In this document: positions 8,278-22,387 of the stretch, in pieces | Numbering within the stretch: position 1 is the first letter of the stretch | Layout: each line of letters begins with the position of its first letter | From: Myxococcota bacterium | GTDB taxonomy: Bacteria > Myxococcota_A > UBA796 > CAJQPC01 | Assembly (NCBI GenBank): GCA_036012755.1 | Contig: DASCPX010000189.1 | Span: forward strand, 68,374 to 132,373 | Direction: 5' to 3' | DNA: 64,000 nucleotides | The notes under the pieces: model-generated | The model's input: the letters and a program-made list of their open reading frames with translations, nothing else | What the model was told of the DNA's origin: nothing | The model's database searches: none | Made by a program: the position numbers and the translations under genes

Positions 8278-10284
8278 ATGCCCACGAAGTGCAGGTATCC
8301 TCCCCCGGCATGTCTGCTCCTGTGGCTCGGCTGCACATCCACAGACCCGCCCCCCCATGACGGAGGGGGCACCACCCAGGCTCCCCAAACCACCACGACA
8401 GACTCCGGAACACCGCCAACCGGGAACACCACAGCACCCACGGACTGTGCGCTCATCATTACGGAGCCCGATGAGACGGGGCTGCCCTCCTTTGTCCTGA
8501 CATGGAGTGGCCCCGAAGACCCGTCTGTCACCTTCACAGCACCCAGCGAGCTCACCGCCACGACCTCGTTCTTCGGATCTACCTCTCCAGCCGTCACCCT
8601 AGTGGCCACGTACCAGGTCGACCCAGTCGGAGAGCCCCGGCTCGAACACGTTGTACCGACCGTTCCCGTCGAGCGAAGCGACGAGCAATACCTCCAAGAG
8701 TATTTTCGCGAAGATGGCCTTTTGATGGCAACGGTCACTGTTTCGGCCACCTGGAACGGTGGACCACAATGCACAACCGAAACAACCGTTCCCTTTCGCC
8801 AGTGGAGTCACGTCGATGAGCATCAACGTGACTGCAACAAAAACTGCGTTCAGCCAAGCGACTTGTTCCTTCCCACAGTGATCGAAACCGACGCCCTCGT
8901 TCATGCCGTCACAGAGTCCATGAGCGATGTGGTGACACTCCAAACCTATGATCGCTCCCGCCCAGACAAGGACAACTACGTCCTGGCACAGATCCCTCTG
9001 ACTGGAACGCCCCTGCAATTCACCCGAATCGGGCCTGGTATTTTCGATGTCTGGGATCCCCAGCACGAGACATCGGGCGGTACCACGCTCAGCTGCAGTG
9101 TCTGGCACGATGGCACCGAACTGGCCATCACACAGGCGTTTCCCAATGTAGAACAAGCTGTGAGCATCACCCTCGATGCCACCGAGACCGTCAGCGGCCT
9201 CAGCTACACCCAGTCGGACTACAAAGCACTACCCAAAATCGACAGACCTTGGCTTCACCACAACTGCCTGATCGACCCAACCAGCCCCCACGACAGTACA
9301 ATCGCCACGGTCTTTGGCCTCAACTGGGAACCGGCGGGCAACGGTGACGGCAGCTGGGGAAGCACCTTGGTTCGGTTGACAATCGACCAAGACACCAGCG
9401 AGCTGGTTGGAGACCTCGAGCCAGTCTTTTCTCCCTTTGACCTCACGGAAGCCCGCTACAGGTACGGAAACGCGCTCTCGCTGAGCCCTCCAGGATCCGA
9501 CATGCGCAAGTGGATGAGTCTTTCCTACGCCAACGATCACCGGGAAATGACCGAAAAGGAGCGAGCGTTCTATCTCTCTTTCCCATTGACGGACTCAGGA
9601 CCCGAAGCACCCCGTTTCCTCTTTGTCAACGACACACACTTCGACGACAGCTCCCTGGTCCAAGGTTGGCAGGAAACATTCCCTGAGCTTGAGTTAATCA
9701 GGCTGCCCGACGACCCCCTGACGTCGGAATATCCCATTCATTTTCCCCACGCCGCCGAGTTTTTCCAAGTTGAAGCGTCCAGAGATATAGATGGGCAGAC
9801 CTGGGCGATCTACCGACTGGTCATGGCCAGCCTCGGAGGCTCCGGCAATGACAAGAGTCCGTCGTCCGACCTCTATCCAGAGGTGTACATGTTCGATCTG
9901 TATGTACCGAACAACGACAACCCCGGCACATCCTACGTGGACTTTTTCTGCGGTCTATCCCTGCCCATAGAAACTTGGTCACACTTCGACTTCGTGCTGA
10001 CCGCCGGTCCCGAAAAAACACAGCGGCCTGAATGGATCGCAGCCTACACCTCCAACCCCCACGGGGAGTGGTTTTGGCTGGATCTCTGGCAAACCGATCC
10101 CGATGCCTCCGACCGCTGCAGCATCGTAGGGGCTCAGCGACATCAAACACAGAAAAGTACGGCAGGGACCGCTGTCCCAATCTGGACCACCGAGATCGAT
10201 CCCACAGGTTTATACGGCCCCCCCATCACCGATGTGCAGATTCACCTGAATGCAGACACATTACTGCCCGGATTGGTTCCCTGA
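8278..10284 (+). CDS. Hypothetical lipoprotein, 668 aa (possible arylsulfotransferase-like beta-propeller)
   Basis: GAGGAGG SD; LLLWLGC lipobox, Thr/Pro linker; WLHHN, YGNALSL, FPHAAEF loosely follow ASST motif order. Confidence 0.6.
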   Translation: MPTKCRYPPPACLLLWLGCTSTDPPPHDGGGTTQAPQTTTTDSGTPPTGNTTAPTDCALIITEPDETGLPSFVLTWSGPEDPSVTFTAPSELTATTSFFGSTSPAVTLVATYQVDPVGEPRLEHVVPTVPVERSDEQYLQEYFREDGLLMATVTVSATWNGGPQCTTETTVPFRQWSHVDEHQRDCNKNCVQPSDLFLPTVIETDALVHAVTESMSDVVTLQTYDRSRPDKDNYVLAQIPLTGTPLQFTRIGPGIFDVWDPQHETSGGTTLSCSVWHDGTELAITQAFPNVEQAVSITLDATETVSGLSYTQSDYKALPKIDRPWLHHNCLIDPTSPHDSTIATVFGLNWEPAGNGDGSWGSTLVRLTIDQDTSELVGDLEPVFSPFDLTEARYRYGNALSLSPPGSDMRKWMSLSYANDHREMTEKERAFYLSFPLTDSGPEAPRFLFVNDTHFDDSSLVQGWQETFPELELIRLPDDPLTSEYPIHFPHAAEFFQVEASRDIDGQTWAIYRLVMASLGGSGNDKSPSSDLYPEVYMFDLYVPNNDNPGTSYVDFFCGLSLPIETWSHFDFVLTAGPEKTQRPEWIAAYTSNPHGEWFWLDLWQTDPDASDRCSIVGAQRHQTQKSTAGTAVPIWTTEIDPTGLYGPPITDVQIHLNADTLLPGLVP

Positions 10285-10508
10285 GTATCTCGGGCGGTAA
10301 GTAGCGCTGTGCCTGGCCAAAGATAAGACCATCCCTGATGGCCACTCACACTCTGTCACAAAAGCCACGTTCTTCTTCGGCGCCTTCCCACGAGCCACAA
10401 ACACTTCGACTGTAAAACGGCAACATCGGGTCCCCGCACCGGCCAACCAGGATCTACCTCGTGCCCATCCTTCGCCCACTTCACACAAGTCTTGGCAGAA
10501 AACCACCC

Positions 10509-11666
10509 ATGCAACCCACTCTCCTCGGCCACGGTCTTGCCTGCGCTGGCCTCCTCATCGTTAGCTGCGGGACACCCAACGCCAACGAAGCCGACATCTG
10601 CTGGATCGGCGAGGCGGTTCCATCTGAGCCCACACCACAGCTACCCGAAGACGCCTGCGACGACCCTCCCTCCGCAATGTCGAGCGTGGCCGAGGCCGTC
10701 GCCAGTGCTGCAGCGAAGCAAGCCACAGCCATCGAGGCTGAGCTGTTCGCTCCCGAGCGCATCACCGTCATCACCTGTGGCACAGGCAGCCCCATTCCCT
10801 CGGACCGGGCGCAGTCCTGCACAGCGGTCTTCGCCGGTGGCCAAGTTCCTCCTCTTCGACGCGGGCGATGGCGCCCAACGCTCCATGGAGTCCCAACAGC
10901 TTCCCATCGCGGACATCGACGCCGTCTTCCTCACCCACTTCCACTCGGACCACATGGCCGATCTGGGTGAAGTGATCAGCCGAAGTTGGATCTTGGGACG
11001 CCAGCACCTGCTCCCCATCTACGGCGGACCAGCAGTGGACCGGGTCGTTCAAGGCTACAGGTCGGCCTATAGTCCCGACGTCACCTATCGGAATGCCCAC
11101 CACGCTAGCGAAGTGTTCCCTGAGCCCTCGCTTCACGCCGAAGCCGTACAGCTCGAACAAGCCCCAGCCACGGGTGTGGTGATCTATGAGCAGGGTGGGG
11201 TCAGGGTCTGGGCCTATGGTGTGGACCACTCGCCGGTCTCACCCGCCGTGGGCTACCGAATCGAGTACGGCGGACGCGCCATCGGCATCTCGGGTGACAC
11301 CGTCGACAGCGATGGCCTGCGCAACCTGGCCTCGAACGCAGACCTCCTGGTCAGCGAGGTGATGGACAAGACCTTGGTCCTGGATACCGCATGCGCCTTG
11401 GAGATGACCGAAACGAACTATTGTTCAGGGATATCCGCACATATCACACCGACCTCTTGGAGCTGGCCAACACCGCCGCCGAGGGCGGCATCGACACCCT
11501 GATGCTCACCCACATGGTGCCCACCACCGACGCCGCACAAGCTGAGCTTCTCTTCGGTGATCCCATCCGAGACGTTTTCAGCGGCGAGGTTATCGTGGCT
11601 TCCGGCGATACCTGGTTTACCCTCGACGTCGACCCACAACAGGAGACTCAGGGGCTCAGCGAGTAG
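10509..11666 (+). pseudogene. MBL-fold hydrolase (RNase Z/arylsulfatase-like), split by two frameshifts
   Basis: CGTGSP, FDAGDG, THFHSDH, VDH, ISGDT, YHT, LTHMVP spread over three ORFs; shifts near 10845 and 11400. Confidence 0.85.
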
Positions 11667-11680
11667 TCAAACCCCGAATC

Positions 11681-11985
11681 GCTCGACTAGGGCGCTTCAG
11701 GATCCGATGGGGGAGTCATGGCACTGTTCCGCCGCCTGCTGTCGTGGTTGTCCGCCCCCTTCCGGGACGAGCCGGTCCGCCGCAAGCGGATCGCCAGGCG
11801 GGCCGAGGCCCCCGCTCCAGAAGCCGAGGCTCCAGCGGACCCCACGGCGCCGTGGGAGCGTGGTCGAGACGCACCGTGCTTGCAGGCCCGCGCGGTGCGC
11901 CGCCACGTCATGGACGTGCTCCACCAGATGGAGGTAGAGGCCAGGACCTTCGACGACCGGGCGCTCCTGAGGCGGCTCCAAGGGG
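11681..11985 (+). repeat. Direct repeat copy 2 (305 bp)
   Basis: gctcgactagggcgc...ctccaagggg; contains the start of the intact HDOD gene. Confidence 0.95.
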
Positions 11986-12770
11986 TCGTCGCCATGGAGA
12001 ACCTCGGCCTGCCGCCCTTCCCCGGCACGGTGGTGGAGCTCAAGCGCATGCTGGGGAGGGGGGTCGAGGTGCCTTCGTTCCGCCTGGCGAACATCGTCGA
12101 GAAGGACCACGCCCTGGTGGAGGAGGTGCTGCGGCAGGCTCGCGGCCCCAGCTGGTCGAGGCCTCCGGAGAGCCTGCACGCCGCCGTCACGCGCATTGGC
12201 AACAACGCGCTCTGGCGCATCTCCATGCGCTTCGCGCTCGAGGCCACGGTCTTCTTCGTGCCCGGCTACCAGGAGCAGGTCGAGCGCGTCCGCGTCCACA
12301 GCCTCGTGACCGCCGAGGTCGCCGCGTGGATGCTCGGTGACGCAGAGGAGCGAGGCGGCGCCTGGCTCGCGGGGCTCCTGCACGATGTCGGCAAGCTCAT
12401 CGTGCTGCGCGAGGCCGGGGGCCTCGGTGCCCCCCTGAGCCCGGGACTGCTCGACGAGATCATGGACAAGACCCACGCGTCGATCGGCTTCCTGGTGGCC
12501 CGCGCATGGGAGTTCGAGGACCTGGAGTGCGGCGCGATCGCGCTGCATCACGGCGAGCGCCGCAACAGCAGCTCCGAGGCGCGCCTGGGCCACTACCTCC
12601 ATCTCGCGGACGTCGCGGCCCACGGGGTCGAGGCGCGGCACGCGCGCCAGGCCAGCCCCGCCCGCACCTACATCGTCCACGAGGCCAGGGGCATGGGCTT
12701 CGACGGTGACCAGGCCCTGACCGTCGCCGACCGTGCATACACCAGGCTCAGGGCGCTGCGCGCGGCGTAG
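11718..12770 (+). CDS. HDOD domain protein
   Basis: LPPFPGTV, IVEKDHALVEEVLR, AGLLHDVGKL, THASIG, AIALHH. Confidence 0.9.
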   Translation: MALFRRLLSWLSAPFRDEPVRRKRIARRAEAPAPEAEAPADPTAPWERGRDAPCLQARAVRRHVMDVLHQMEVEARTFDDRALLRRLQGVVAMENLGLPPFPGTVVELKRMLGRGVEVPSFRLANIVEKDHALVEEVLRQARGPSWSRPPESLHAAVTRIGNNALWRISMRFALEATVFFVPGYQEQVERVRVHSLVTAEVAAWMLGDAEERGGAWLAGLLHDVGKLIVLREAGGLGAPLSPGLLDEIMDKTHASIGFLVARAWEFEDLECGAIALHHGERRNSSSEARLGHYLHLADVAAHGVEARHARQASPARTYIVHEARGMGFDGDQALTVADRAYTRLRALRAA

Positions 12771-12787
12771 GCTCCGGGGAATCCGAC

Positions 12788-12793
12788 TACGCT
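12788..12793 (+). promoter_or_regulatory. Putative -10 box TACGCT 7 nt before GTG 12801 (leaderless)
   Basis: TACGCT-GATGTGA-GTG, no SD. Confidence 0.55.
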
Positions 12794-12800
12794 GATGTGA

Positions 12801-14816
12801 GTGTTCCTCCTCGCGCTCGCCTGCTCGAGATCGCCGCCGCCGTCGGTGTTGGTCATCACCCTCGACACGACCCGCGCCGACCGACTCGGGCCATACGGCC
12901 ACGCCCTGGCGAACACCCCGACCTACGACCGCCTCGCCGAGGCCGGCACCGTCTTCCAGCGGGCCTACTCCAGCTGCCCGCTGACCATTCCGAGCCACTC
13001 GACGATCTTCACCGGGCGCTATCCGCCTTCCCACGGCGTGCGCGACAACGGCGACTTCATCCTCGGCGCCGAACAGCTCACCCTCGCCGAGCGCCTGCAG
13101 GAGGCCGGCTACGCGACCGCTGCGTTCACGGCTGCCTTTCCGACACAGGCGCGCTGGGGCTTCGACCAGGGCTTCGAGGTCTACCACGACCCGCTGAAGC
13201 GCCGGCCCACCCAGCTCGACTGGCGGGATCGTCGCGAAGCGCGAGAGGTCATCGACGACGCGCTGGCCACCTTGCCGACCCTGGGGGATCGCCCCCTGTT
13301 CGTCTGGGTCCATCTCTTCGACGCCCACTGGCCCTACGAGCCTCCCGAGCCCTACCTCTCCGAGCACGCCGGGCGCCCCTACGACGGTGAGATCGCATAC
13401 GCCGACGCTCAGGTCGGGCGGCTTCTGACCTGGTGGGACCAGCAGAGGCCCGGCGGGCTGGTGATCCTCACCGCGGATCACGGCGAGGGCTTCGGAGACG
13501 GAGGGGAGCGCACCCACGGCTTCCTGCTGCACGACGGCACGATCCACGTCCCGCTCATCGTGCGCGGCGAGGGCTTCGAGGCCGGCGCTGTCGAGGACGA
13601 CGTCGTCGGTCACGCCGACATCGTGCCCACGGTGTTGTCCTACGTGGGTCTGGAGAAGCACGACGGGCTCCAGGGTTGGGAGCTGGGCCTCGGTGGCTCC
13701 GACGAGGTCTACAGCGAGGCCCTCACCGGCCAGTTCAACCTGGGGCTGGCGCCTCTGTTCGCAGTCTCCGACGAACAAGGCCGGTACACGGAGGGTGCGT
13801 GGGGAGCCTTCTACGAACACCGGGCCTTTGGCGTCTCCACCGTGCCCAGCGAGCACATCGAGGCATCTCCACACCAGGCGGCTCTGGCGGTCTTCCGAGG
13901 CAGGCTCGACGAGGTGGTCGCGCCCACCGCCGCCCTCGACGAGCAGGCCTTCGCGCAGCTCGCGGCGCTCGGCTACCTCGGAGGGGACATCAACGCCGTG
14001 GCTGGAGAGGTCGATCCACGGGACGTCATCGACCTCGTGCCCCTGACCTGGGAGGCTCGCCAGTGGATGGGCAGAGGTCGCCTCGACGAGGCGGAAGCGG
14101 CCATCTCGAGGCTGGAGGAGGGCATGCCCGGAACATACGGTGTCGACCTTCTGCGCGCCCAGCTGCTGCGCTCCCGTGGAGACCTGGGCGAGGCCGCCGA
14201 GCACTTCGCCGCGCTGTACCTGCGCAGCCCCTCCAGCACTGTCTCCCTCCAGCTGGCCGCCCTGCATGCGGCCCGGGGGGACTGGCGGGAGGCCGAGTCC
14301 TGGTACGCCGAGGCGCTGTCTCTGCAGCCGGCGAGCCCCGAGGCGATGGCGGGCCGAGTCCACTGCGCGCAAGCCCTCGGCGAGCCGGAGCGGGCTCGGG
14401 AGCTCGCCAACGAAGCCCTGCGTCTGTACCCCGACCACGCCGAGCTGCGGCTGGTCCTCGCCGAGATCCACCTCGGCGACGGCGACCTCGACGCCGCCGA
14501 GCGCGAGGTGGAGTTGGCCATCCAGTACATGGCCCGCTCCCCTTGGGCTCACGCGACCCTCGCCCAGGTGCGCTGGGAGCAAGGTCGGGCGGACCTGGCC
14601 ATCGAGGCCCTCCAGGAGGCGCTGGCGCTCGACCGGTTCAACGTCCCGGTCAGGGTCCGCCTCGTCGAGTGCCTCCTGGACGTGGGTCGCAACGCAGAGG
14701 CGGTCCGAGCGATCACGCCGCTGGCGCGGCTGATGCCGGAGGAGGACGAGGTCCAAGGCCTCGCACGTCGCGCCCAGGCGGCGCTCGATCTGGAGCGGGG
14801 CCTCACATCTCCTTGA
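12801..14816 (+). CDS. Sulfatase-like hydrolase with C-terminal TPR repeats, lipoprotein
   Basis: ITLDTTRAD, TIPSHSTIFTG, HLFDAHWPY, TADHGE, LAALGY, then TPRs. Confidence 0.9.
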   Translation: MFLLALACSRSPPPSVLVITLDTTRADRLGPYGHALANTPTYDRLAEAGTVFQRAYSSCPLTIPSHSTIFTGRYPPSHGVRDNGDFILGAEQLTLAERLQEAGYATAAFTAAFPTQARWGFDQGFEVYHDPLKRRPTQLDWRDRREAREVIDDALATLPTLGDRPLFVWVHLFDAHWPYEPPEPYLSEHAGRPYDGEIAYADAQVGRLLTWWDQQRPGGLVILTADHGEGFGDGGERTHGFLLHDGTIHVPLIVRGEGFEAGAVEDDVVGHADIVPTVLSYVGLEKHDGLQGWELGLGGSDEVYSEALTGQFNLGLAPLFAVSDEQGRYTEGAWGAFYEHRAFGVSTVPSEHIEASPHQAALAVFRGRLDEVVAPTAALDEQAFAQLAALGYLGGDINAVAGEVDPRDVIDLVPLTWEARQWMGRGRLDEAEAAISRLEEGMPGTYGVDLLRAQLLRSRGDLGEAAEHFAALYLRSPSSTVSLQLAALHAARGDWREAESWYAEALSLQPASPEAMAGRVHCAQALGEPERARELANEALRLYPDHAELRLVLAEIHLGDGDLDAAEREVELAIQYMARSPWAHATLAQVRWEQGRADLAIEALQEALALDRFNVPVRVRLVECLLDVGRNAEAVRAITPLARLMPEEDEVQGLARRAQAALDLERGLTSP

Positions 14817-14910
14817 GCAGTGTTCGGACTCCTGTGGTAGTACGGCTCAGTTCGCCCGATGACGGGATCGAGGTGCGGGACGCACGTTACGATCCAAGCT
14901 GGGAGGGTTC

Positions 14911-16176
14911 ATGCGGCGAGAGACTCACACACCGAAGTCCGTCCGCCACCCGGCCGGCAAGGCATCGATAGAGACACTCCTCGGCCTGGCTCGCATCTGG
15001 ATGGACGCTCGCACGGGCCTCCTGCAGATCGGAGGCGAGACGGCGACCCTCGTTCGTGGCGAGCCCCTCGACATCGACGACCTCCAGCTGATCATCGACG
15101 GGCTCTACCGCGGCGGGAAGCCCGCCTTCTCCGAGACCGACCATCCCTCCAGGGGCGTGACGAACCGCCTCGGACTGGAGATCTGGAAGGCGGTGAGCCG
15201 GATCGCGCGCAAGACCCAGATGCGCGGGACGGCCAGCTGCACGATCCACCCCGCCGGCCTCTTCCGCCGGCTCTCGGCCTTTCCGATGCAGCCCGAGACG
15301 GTGGTCCTGCTCGCTCGGGTCGAGTCCGGGCGGGTCCGCGTCGGCGACACGGTGCGCCTCGACAAGCCGACACGGATGGAGGTGTTGGAAGACCTCGCGC
15401 GACTCAAGATGCTGGGTGTGATCCGCCTGGAGAAGGCTGACGAGCGTCTGGCGAACACCCGTCGAGAGGCTCGGCGGAAGCCCAGCTCCGAAGGTGTGGG
15501 GGGCGGTCGGTCGGGCGCGCGCAGCGACCCGAGGCTCGGGGGGCGCCTGAGTCGCGAGCTGGAGAGAATCGAGGGACTCGACGACTGGGCTGCGGTGGGA
15601 TGCAACCCCAGCATGGCTCCGGGGGCGATCGCAGCTCAGTGCCAGCGGATGATCGACCGCTACTCGGCGATCATCAAGGACCGGAGCCAGACGGCGGATT
15701 GCCGCGAGCTCGCTCGGGACATCTTCGATCACGTCGTGGCCTCGGCCGACCGCATCCAGGAGGGCAAGGCCCGCCGAGAGGCCCGGGGTGCGAACCCCTC
15801 GACCGCCTATGACGACGGCATCAGCCTCGTCGCCCAGGGTCGCTTCGACGAGGCGGTGAAGGCCTTCGGTCTTGCTCAACAGTACGAGCCCTACGCGCCG
15901 CGCCACACGGCCTGGCTCGGCTACGCCGTCTTCCACGACCCCACTCGCGATCTCGCCGAGCGCCAGCGCAAGGGCCGGAAGCTGATCGAGAAGGCCCTGC
16001 TGATGGGTACCGGCAACGGGGATCCGAACTTCGTCCAGGCAAAGCTGCTCGTCGAGGACAAGGACCTCGTCCGCGCCTGGAACCACGTCGAGGTGTGCCT
16101 GCGGGCCAATCCAACCCACAGCGGCGCCACCACTTTGAGGGACTCGATCCAGCGCGAGATCAAACGTGACAACTAA
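14911..16176 (+). CDS. Hypothetical protein with degenerate J-like domain and TPRs
   Basis: LDDWAAVGC...QRMIDRY...ARDIFDHV resembles a J domain lacking HPD; TPR helices follow. Confidence 0.6.
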   Translation: MRRETHTPKSVRHPAGKASIETLLGLARIWMDARTGLLQIGGETATLVRGEPLDIDDLQLIIDGLYRGGKPAFSETDHPSRGVTNRLGLEIWKAVSRIARKTQMRGTASCTIHPAGLFRRLSAFPMQPETVVLLARVESGRVRVGDTVRLDKPTRMEVLEDLARLKMLGVIRLEKADERLANTRREARRKPSSEGVGGGRSGARSDPRLGGRLSRELERIEGLDDWAAVGCNPSMAPGAIAAQCQRMIDRYSAIIKDRSQTADCRELARDIFDHVVASADRIQEGKARREARGANPSTAYDDGISLVAQGRFDEAVKAFGLAQQYEPYAPRHTAWLGYAVFHDPTRDLAERQRKGRKLIEKALLMGTGNGDPNFVQAKLLVEDKDLVRAWNHVEVCLRANPTHSGATTLRDSIQREIKRDN

Positions 16177-16239
16177 AGAAGTCCAAATTCTCCAGGAATC
16201 TGGATAGAATCGTCTCCGTTGGCACCGACACGAGGGCCC

Positions 16240-20265
<4,026 letters not shown>

Positions 20266-20271
20266 ACCACC

Positions 20272-20302
20272 TGTTCCAGTCCGGGCCAACCGGTCTGGAA
20301 CA
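20272..20302 (+). terminator. Hairpin after the surface protein gene (no U-tract)
   Basis: TGTTCCAG-T-CCGG / GCCAA / CCGG-T-CTGGAACA. Confidence 0.5.
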
Positions 20303-20381
20303 CCCGGAGACGAGACACCTGATCTCAGCCACTTGGAGCTGGCACGAGGCTTGAACTCCCAAGGACCGACAGGAGGTCCTC

Positions 20382-21348
20382 ATGGTGGTTCCCTTCACCA
20401 CAAGCTCCAGGCAACCCCGGCCAAGCCCAACAGTCCTCGAATCGTGGAGCGCTTGCGCCGCCGCGAGCTCACCCTCGCGCTCGTCGAGGGCCCGGTGAAG
20501 AGCGTGCCTCGTGGCTTCCACGCCGAGGTCGCGGCGGTGGAAGGCTCGGGCCTGTTGCTCGCCGCTCTGCCGCTCTGGCGGTTCGCCGCGACCTTGCACG
20601 CCCTCCGCTGCGGGGACGCAGATCCGATCGGCTTGTCCCACGTGCCGGAGTTCATCGAGGCCATCGACGACATCCCGGCGCCGTTCCTGGCCAAGCCCGC
20701 TGGCGCTGCCCGCATCCGCGAGGCGGTCGAGGAACTCGTCGATCCTCGACCGGTCGTCCTCGAGGCCGAGAACGGCCTGCGAGCGCTCTACGTCCTGCGG
20801 GAGCGTCGCGTCGACCTCGTCGTTGCCGACTGGAGATGCCGGTCCTCGACGACGTCGACATGGCCGAGCGCCTGCGAGGAGACTCCCGCTTCGACCGGAT
20901 CCCGCTGGTCGCGCTCACCGGCCACGACACGGAGGAGCCCCGAGAGGACTGCATCGCCGCGGGTTTCGATCACGTGCTGGTCAAGCCGGTCCGCCGAGAC
21001 GAGCTCGTCGCCTGCGTGGACGGCCTCCTCATCGCGGGGGCCCAGGCCACCGGCGAGGTCGTCCTGGTAGACCCGGACATCGAAGACCTCGTCCCCGCCT
21101 ACCTCTCCGAGCGTAGAGAGGAGATCCCGATCCTCCGAGGGGCGGTGGATGACGGCGACGCCGAGCGCTGCCGCCGCATCGGCCACAGCCTCAAGGGAAC
21201 CGGGGGCGCCTATGGCTTCCAGCGCCTCACCGACCTGGGCGCCCGGCTGGAGGAGGCCGGCCAGCGAGAGGACATGGAGGACTGCGCGGCCTCGGTGGAT
21301 GCGATCGAGGGCTACCTGGCTACAGTTCGCGTCCGCTACGCCTCCTAG
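20382..21348 (+). pseudogene. Response regulator (receiver plus Hpt), frameshifted
   Basis: AGGAGG then ATG 20382; VDLVVAD and MPVLD..IPLVALTG..VKPV in different frames (shift near 20830); Hpt HSLKGTGG; probable second shift near 20438. Confidence 0.7.
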
Positions 21349-21381
21349 CCCGGCTACGATGCCTCCTTGCCGGAGGCAGAC

Positions 21382-22386
21382 ATGTTCGCGCTCCTCGCCT
21401 GTGTTGGTGCCATCGATCTCGACACCGGCGGCGACGGCGTGGTCTCCGGTGAGACTGGCGTGGACCGCTTCAGCGTCGAGATCGACGAGGACGTCCTGTC
21501 CCGGCTGGGGGACCGCCTCGCGGAGGTCCAGAACGACGACGGGAGCTACGACTGGCAGCGAGCCGAGGACGAGGAGCTCATCCCGGAGCTCACGGGCTAC
21601 CAGAACGTCACCGGCGTCAGCGCGTGGGGCTTCTACGCCGCCCAGGAGCGCGTGGGGGAGCGTGAGGACTGGCAGGAGGCCACCGCTCGGGCGGCGGACT
21701 ACTTCGATGGACTGCTCGACGCCGCCATCGCCGATGGCAGCGGACTGTCCTGTCCAAACTACACGGTCCTGGTCTGGGAGCTCGAGTCCAACCCGGATCC
21801 CGTGCTCGAGGCTCGCACCATCGCCGGCTTCGAGGCCATGCTCTCTGCCCACGACGACCGCGCCCGGGGCTTCCTGGAGAACCTCGCCGAGCGGCGCTCC
21901 GCCATCCCCGGGATCATCCCCTGGGACGACGCCCTGTGCGTCGAGGCGGCCCGCGAGATGAGTGAGCTGTCGCCTGTGTTCGCGGAGGACGCCGCGGACG
22001 CCGAGGCCGTACTCGTCGCCGAGCTGGAGGACACCTTCCTGCCCGCTTGGGACGCCGATCCGAGTCTCTTGTGGGGGGACATCTCCATCGGCTGGTCGCT
22101 GCGGGTCCTCGCCGAGAGCCAGGACGCCGAGCTCATCGACGGGCTCACCGAGCGGCTCGTCGTGCTCGTCGACGAGGAGGGTCGGATCACCAACGGGTCC
22201 GACGACGACGGGCCCCAGCAGGCCACCGCATACGGACTCATGGGCCTCAAAGCCGTCGAACACGACCTCTCCCAGAGGGTGCAGGACTTCGCGGAGAGCG
22301 AGGTCGATCCGGACGGCATCGTGCTCGGAGGGGCCGGCGAGACCTACGAAGTCTCCGGCGAACTGCTGCGCGCGCTGGCGGAGTAG
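21382..22386 (+). CDS. Hypothetical lipoprotein, likely alpha-helical barrel
   Basis: GGAGG SD, MFALLAC; LAEVQNDDGSYDW, QATAYGLMGL resemble prenyltransferase/squalene-cyclase repeats. Confidence 0.65.
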   Translation: MFALLACVGAIDLDTGGDGVVSGETGVDRFSVEIDEDVLSRLGDRLAEVQNDDGSYDWQRAEDEELIPELTGYQNVTGVSAWGFYAAQERVGEREDWQEATARAADYFDGLLDAAIADGSGLSCPNYTVLVWELESNPDPVLEARTIAGFEAMLSAHDDRARGFLENLAERRSAIPGIIPWDDALCVEAAREMSELSPVFAEDAADAEAVLVAELEDTFLPAWDADPSLLWGDISIGWSLRVLAESQDAELIDGLTERLVVLVDEEGRITNGSDDDGPQQATAYGLMGLKAVEHDLSQRVQDFAESEVDPDGIVLGGAGETYEVSGELLRALAE

Positions 22387-22387
22387 C

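Larger units (their letters stand above)
8118..11680. mobile_element. Lower-GC insert between direct repeats (no mobility gene)
   Basis: Sampled lines 52-58% GC (8641-8760) versus 73% at 12001-12060; bounded by the repeat pair. Confidence 0.6.

Noticed and set aside
10261..10506. 81-aa minus ORF inside the insert
   Set aside because: No recognisable motif or SD; overlaps the end of the neighbouring gene
10800..11420. Programmed frameshifting in the MBL hydrolase
   Set aside because: Two shifts would be needed and no slippery heptamer is evident; decay or sequence error is simpler
7811..11985. Repeat pair as DGR template/variable repeats or prophage att sites
   Set aside because: Only three differences, not adenine-restricted; no reverse transcriptase, integrase or phage genes in the window
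11697..14756. 1019-aa minus-strand ORF and similar long overlapping ORFs elsewhere
   Set aside because: Antisense or alternative frames of genes with clear motifs; expected at about 70% GC
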